The translations under genes were made by a program, and so were the position numbers. Source: Zymomonas mobilis subsp. mobilis ATCC 10988 (lineage in GTDB: Bacteria > Pseudomonadota > Alphaproteobacteria > Sphingomonadales > Sphingomonadaceae). Taken from it: a stretch of DNA of 32,000 nucleotides. Below are positions 28,107-32,000 of the stretch, piece after piece. Location: positions 1,680,001-1,712,000 of the forward strand of contig NC_017262.1 of NCBI RefSeq assembly GCF_000175255.2. Direction: 5' to 3'. Numbering within the stretch: position 1 is the first letter of the stretch; every line of letters begins with the position of its first letter. Below the pieces are notes generated by a model. The model was not told where the DNA came from, did not search any database, and worked only from the letters and a program-made list of their open reading frames with translations.

Positions 28107-28618
28107 AACAGCAGGAAATTGCCATTTTTGACCCATACAGGGCCTTCTGACCATTGAATATCAGATGCAATGACCTCAATTGGGGTAGAGACATCTAAAA
28201 TAGCATCAAGGCGAGGTGAAAATTTGGTAATCTTACCGATGGTAGATCCGTTCATATTATTCTTTGCAGCCTGAGCTGATCCTGTAATAGTGGCGGTTGC
28301 TGTCATAGCGGCGATAGGCACCATAACAGCTGCGGAAAGGCATTCTCGACGAGACATACGACCAATGGTCATTTTACGACTCCTGCAACTAACCGCATCT
28401 TTATTCAAAAAAGGTCATAAAAAGTCTTGTTATTTTTCTAAAAAATTAAAGAAAAATCACGATAGTTAACGTCTCAAAAAATAAGTTTGAAAAAAAAGTT
28501 CGTCGAGGTTATCAATAATAACCAACCTGACCATATGGTAAACGTTGTCATAAAGCCTTCTCTGTCGTGATTCCTTTATAAAATCACATCCAAAATTTAT
28601 TATTCAGGGATAGGCTCT

Positions 28619-29356
28619 TTATTTTTGATCGTCATTGCCGCGACATTCTATTATTTTCGCAAAAACATCCTGAAACATATCTTCGGTCAGGCGACGAGTG
28701 TTCTGATTATAGCGCGAACAGTGATAACTATCGACTAACTGGATTTCTGGCGAAAGCTGATAGGCTGCCCCATGCTTAAAAGGCATAGAGGATAAAGTGA
28801 TGCCAAAAGCCCGCAAAATAGTCTGATGTGCAATATGTCCCAAGGCCAGAATAACTTTCAGATGGGGATAATGCGCCATTGCTCCCAGAAAGAACGGGCG
28901 GCAAGTTACCATCTCTTGCGTTGTCGGTTTGTTTTGCGGCGGAAGGCAGCGCACTGAATTTAAAACCACAGTCCCCTTTAATTTTAGACCATCATTGATA
29001 TCCGCCTGATAATGACCAGTCGCCAATCCATATTTCAGCAGTGTTTCATAAAGAAGAATACCTGCAAAATCGCCGGTGAAAGGTCGCCCCGTGCGATTGG
29101 CACCCTTCATACCGGGGGCAAGGCCAACGATAGCCAGCCAAGGATCGTCATCTCCAAAAGGCGGCACAGGGGCATTAAACCAATCAGGATGCTCTTTTTG
29201 TAAATCATGGCGGAGGCTTGCCAATCGGGGGCAAAGGGGGCAATCCCTCTCCGGCATAGATTCTTGAGGGGCTATGGAAAGGCTATTCTCTTTGTTGTCC
29301 TTTTTTGAATTTGGGTATTTCTTCTGAAAATCGGCGCTTTGTCTTTGCTTAGTCAT
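28619..29356 (-). CDS. Uracil-DNA glycosylase family protein (type 5-like)
   Basis: 245 aa; CPLCPRLASLRHDLQKE, PWLAIVGLAPGMKGANRTGRPFTGDFAG, NSVRCLPPQNKPT, DSYHCSRYNQNTRRLTEDMF. Confidence 0.88.
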   Translation of the reverse strand: MTKQRQSADFQKKYPNSKKDNKENSLSIAPQESMPERDCPLCPRLASLRHDLQKEHPDWFNAPVPPFGDDDPWLAIVGLAPGMKGANRTGRPFTGDFAGILLYETLLKYGLATGHYQADINDGLKLKGTVVLNSVRCLPPQNKPTTQEMVTCRPFFLGAMAHYPHLKVILALGHIAHQTILRAFGITLSSMPFKHGAAYQLSPEIQLVDSYHCSRYNQNTRRLTEDMFQDVFAKIIECRGNDDQK

Positions 29357-29528
29357 TAGGGTGATATAGAATATATTTCTATTTTTAGAAATAAAAACAC
29401 TCTTTAAAATAAATTTTTCTGTTTTTAATGAATATATTTTTATAGAGTGATTTTTATTTTTTATTATTTGAAGTTATCTTCAATAAATAATTATTTTTAT
29501 TTAATTTTATTGTTCGAGGTTTCTATCA

Positions 29529-30080
29529 ATGCTTTACGCTATCGCACTAGGCTCTAATCGTTGGCATGGTCGGTATGGTCGGCCATCTGCGGTCATCGAG
29601 GCGGCGATTGCTGCATTGGAAAAAGAAAAGATTGCGATCCATTCTCGCGCTCCGATTTTTGAAACCTCAGCTGTCGGGCCCGGTGGACGGCGTTATGCCA
29701 ATTCCGCGATTATTATTAAAACAGATTTACAGCCGCTTGCATTGCTGGCGCTTTGTAAAAAAGTAGAACAGGCTTTCGGCAGACGAAAAGGGCAAAGATG
29801 GGGGGCGAGGGTGCTCGATCTTGATATTGTCTTATGGGAAAAAGGCCGCTGGCCACGAAAAATACAACCCCGCCTTCGCTACAAGCCTGCCTTGGCTGCA
29901 GGACAACCACCGGCTTTATGGCCAAAACTTCATATTCCCCATCTTGAGATCAGTCGTCGCGATTTTGTACTGAAGCCTCTGCTTTCGATCGCCGGAAATT
30001 GGCCTGTTTTTCAAAAAAATGGATTTTTTACGGTAAAACAGCTATATTTTCGCTATAAGTACTTGACCTCCAAGCAATAA
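29529..30080 (+). CDS. folK: 2-amino-4-hydroxy-6-hydroxymethyldihydropteridine diphosphokinase
   Basis: 183 aa; ALGSNR, SRAPIFETSAVGPGGRRYANSAI, GQRWGARVLDLDIVLW, LHIPHLEISRRDFVLKPLLSI. Confidence 0.93.
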   Translation: MLYAIALGSNRWHGRYGRPSAVIEAAIAALEKEKIAIHSRAPIFETSAVGPGGRRYANSAIIIKTDLQPLALLALCKKVEQAFGRRKGQRWGARVLDLDIVLWEKGRWPRKIQPRLRYKPALAAGQPPALWPKLHIPHLEISRRDFVLKPLLSIAGNWPVFQKNGFFTVKQLYFRYKYLTSKQ

Positions 30081-30094
30081 CCCCCTAGGGAACC

Positions 30095-30111
30095 ACTCCC
30101 AGACGGGGAGT
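30095..30111 (+). terminator. Weak candidate terminator downstream of folK
   Basis: ACTCCC-AGACG-GGGAGT hairpin followed by TAATCTTCTGTCTTT. Confidence 0.4.
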
Positions 30112-30179
30112 TAATCTTCTGTCTTTCAAAACAAGTCATTTTAGATATCCTCCGATATTTAAAATCATGACTTTAGGTT

Positions 30180-30255
30180 GGGTCCGTAGCTCAGTTGGTA
30201 GAGCAAGCGACTTTTAATCGAGAGGTCCCGGGTTCGAATCCCGGCGGACCCACCA
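30180..30255 (+). tRNA. tRNA-Lys, anticodon TTT, CCA encoded
   Basis: GGGTCCG/CGGACCC acceptor, GCTC/GAGC D stem, CTTTTAA anticodon loop, CCGGG-TTCGAAT-CCCGG T arm, A discriminator plus CCA; 76 nt. Confidence 0.95.
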
Positions 30256-30276
30256 CCTCTCTCTTCCTTACAATTT

Positions 30277-30307
30277 AAAAAAAAGACCCTTGCTTCACGC
30301 AAGAGCC
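30277..30307 (-). terminator. Rho-independent terminator downstream of mfd
   Basis: Minus strand GGCTCTTGC-GTGAA-GCAAGGGTC followed by TTTTTTTT; 9-bp stem with two G-U pairs. Confidence 0.85.
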
Positions 30308-30335
30308 TTCTCCTTATCCTAAAAATCTTTTCCCT

Positions 30336-32000
30336 TTATGACGCAATCGCTACTTTGGCCAAGCCACGGGAAAGCTGCATCAATCCATTCAGGCGGCTTT
30401 TAGGGTCAGGCCAGTTGCGCTGAATAACCAGCTTCTGATCGGGTCTTAATTTGGCAGTGCCTTTTAATTTCTGAATATAGGCTAGCAATCCGGTGACATT
30501 TGGGAAATTGTCATTATGGAAAGTAATCAGAGCACCCCGCGGCCCGACATCAAGGCGACCGATATGCGCTTGGCGGCAATTCATTTTTACTTCAATCACG
30601 GCTAACAGATTTTTGGTCTCGCTGGGCAATGACCCAAAACGGTCGATCATTTCGGCTGCAAATGATTCGATCTCTTCGCGATTCTTGATCTGGTTCATCC
30701 GGCGATACAAAGCCATTCTAAGACCCAGATCAGGCACATAGTCTTCAGGAATCAGAATAGGCGCATCAACCGTAATTTGGGGTGAAAATTCTTCATTTTC
30801 TTTTTCATCAATCAATCCACCAGATTTGGCGACCAAAATCGCATCTTCCAACATTGATTGATACAATTCAAAACCGACTTCTTTAATATGGCCAGATTGC
30901 TCATCCCCCAACAAATTACCCGCACCGCGAATATCAAGATCATGGCTGGCTAATTGGAAACCAGCCCCCAATGAATCCAAAGTTGAAAGGATATGCAGCC
31001 TTTTTTCGGCTGTTTCGCTGATAGAATGGTTAACCGGCGTTGTTAAATAAGCATAGGCGCGGGTCTTAGAGCGTCCAACGCGACCCCTGATCTGGTAAAG
31101 CTGTGACAGGCCAAAACGATCCGCCCGATAGACAATCATCGTATTGGCACTGGGGATGTCCAGACCGGATTCAACAATCGTTGTCGAAAGCAAAACATCA
31201 AATTTTTTGTCATAGAAAGCCGACATCCGGTTTTCGACTTCGGTAGCTGCCATTTGACCATGGGCAATAACAAACCGGATTTCCGGCACCTGTTCCGACA
31301 GGAATTTTTCGAGATCAGCAAGGTCGGAAATTCTTGGAACCACAATAAAGCTCTGGCCGCCGCGATAATGCTCCCGCAACAAGGCTTCACGGATCGCTAC
31401 AGGATCCCAAGGCATGACATAGCTTCTGACAGCCAAGCGGTCGACAGGCGGGGTTTGGATAACTGATAGCTCCCTAAGGCCTGACATCGCCATTTGCAGC
31501 GTCCTTGGGATAGGCGTTGCGGTCAAGGTAAGTTGATGAACATCATTTTTCAGGGCTTTCAGGCGCTCTTTATGGACAACGCCGAAATGCTGTTCTTCAT
31601 CAACAATAACCAAGCCCAGACGGTTGAAATCAATCGTTTTCGATAAAATAGCATGGGTGCCAATAACGATATCAATCGTTCCATCAGCCAAAGCTTCACG
31701 GCAGGCTTTGGCTTCTTTCGCAGGCACCAATCGAGAAAGACGACCAATTTGAAGCGGGAAGCCTTCAAATCTTTCGAGAAAATTGCTGTAATGCTGCCGC
31801 GCCAACAAGGTGGTCGGACAAACCAAGGCAACCTGTAACCCTGACATGGCGGCAACAAAGGCAGCTCGCAAGGCGACTTCTGTTTTACCGAAACCGACAT
31901 CACCACAGATCAGCCGATCCATCGGTTTCCCTTTGGCTAAATCCTCGATGACATCAGAAATGGCATGTTCCTGATCTTCGGTTTCCTGATAAGGAAAACG
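30336..32000 (-). CDS. mfd: Transcription-repair coupling factor, C-terminal part (5' end outside the window)
   Basis: DRLICGDVGFGKTEVALRAAF, VIVDEEQHFGV, TLTATPIPRTLQMAMSGLRELSVI, GLDIPSANTMIVYRADRFGLSQLYQIRGRVGRSKTRAYAY. The frame stays open beyond M at 31922 to the window edge (…RFPYQETEDQEHAISDVIEDLAKGKP). Confidence 0.97.
   Translation of the reverse strand, partial: RFPYQETEDQEHAISDVIEDLAKGKPMDRLICGDVGFGKTEVALRAAFVAAMSGLQVALVCPTTLLARQHYSNFLERFEGFPLQIGRLSRLVPAKEAKACREALADGTIDIVIGTHAILSKTIDFNRLGLVIVDEEQHFGVVHKERLKALKNDVHQLTLTATPIPRTLQMAMSGLRELSVIQTPPVDRLAVRSYVMPWDPVAIREALLREHYRGGQSFIVVPRISDLADLEKFLSEQVPEIRFVIAHGQMAATEVENRMSAFYDKKFDVLLSTTIVESGLDIPSANTMIVYRADRFGLSQLYQIRGRVGRSKTRAYAYLTTPVNHSISETAEKRLHILSTLDSLGAGFQLASHDLDIRGAGNLLGDEQSGHIKEVGFELYQSMLEDAILVAKSGGLIDEKENEEFSPQITVDAPILIPEDYVPDLGLRMALYRRMNQIKNREEIESFAAEMIDRFGSLPSETKNLLAVIEVKMNCRQAHIGRLDVGPRGALITFHNDNFPNVTGLLAYIQKLKGTAKLRPDQKLVIQRNWPDPKSRLNGLMQLSRGLAKVAIAS

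Larger units (their letters stand above)
26451..28372 (-). pseudogene. gnl: Gluconolactonase gene interrupted by an insertion sequence (fragments 26451..27253 and 28105..28372)
   Basis: N-terminal part ends …VWVKNGNFLLF at the junction and the C-terminal part resumes SDPPANIMRKWTPDAG…. The SMP-30/gluconolactonase signatures REPGSNGMKVGPDGKIWVAD, FNSPNDLFFSKSGAVYFTDPPYG and LSRPNGLALSPDETKLYVSNS are present. Removing the IS plus one TA gives 1071 nt (356 aa plus stop). Confidence 0.93.

Noticed and set aside
28094-28408. Start of the gluconolactonase fragment at 28408
   Set aside because: The upstream extension MNKDAVSCRSRK is not signal-like; the ATG at 28372 (MTIGRMSRRECLSAA) gives the better twin-arginine-like start.
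1-32000. CRISPR array, defence island, prophage, toxin-antitoxin or biosynthetic cluster
   Set aside because: No regularly spaced repeats, no phage structural or integrase genes, and no adjacent small toxin/antitoxin pair were visible. Nearly all space is filled by housekeeping genes.

Overview
The window is mostly ordinary chromosomal core gene content from an alphaproteobacterium of the Sphingomonadales. Gene content and order, plus the recognisable gluconolactonase, suggest Zymomonas mobilis or a close relative (inference from recall, not a database match). A truncated pheA is at the left edge and a truncated mfd at the right edge. Between them are mutY, a DUF721/DciA-like gene, a DsbA-like gene, an aldo/keto reductase, three small paralogous exported proteins, coq7, dsbB, ctpA, an envC-like gene, rlmH, rsfS, nadD, proA, ftsH, tilS, cpoB/ybgF, a rodZ-like gene, ubiG, lysC, a nitronate-monooxygenase-like gene, ptsP, a serine hydrolase, a type-5-like uracil-DNA glycosylase, folK and tRNA-Lys(TTT). 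The clearest accessory event is an 849-bp IS5-family-like element (27256..28104) inserted in the gluconolactonase gene. It is flanked by a TA duplication, and removing the element with one TA copy rebuilds a continuous 356-codon frame. Its transposase is split by a probable -1 frameshift (A AAA GGG), and its stop codon is completed by the target site. The best candidate for an undescribed family is the tandem array of three small exported Cys-containing paralogs at 4382..5955. I found no CRISPR array, phage module, toxin-antitoxin system or recognisable defence system.
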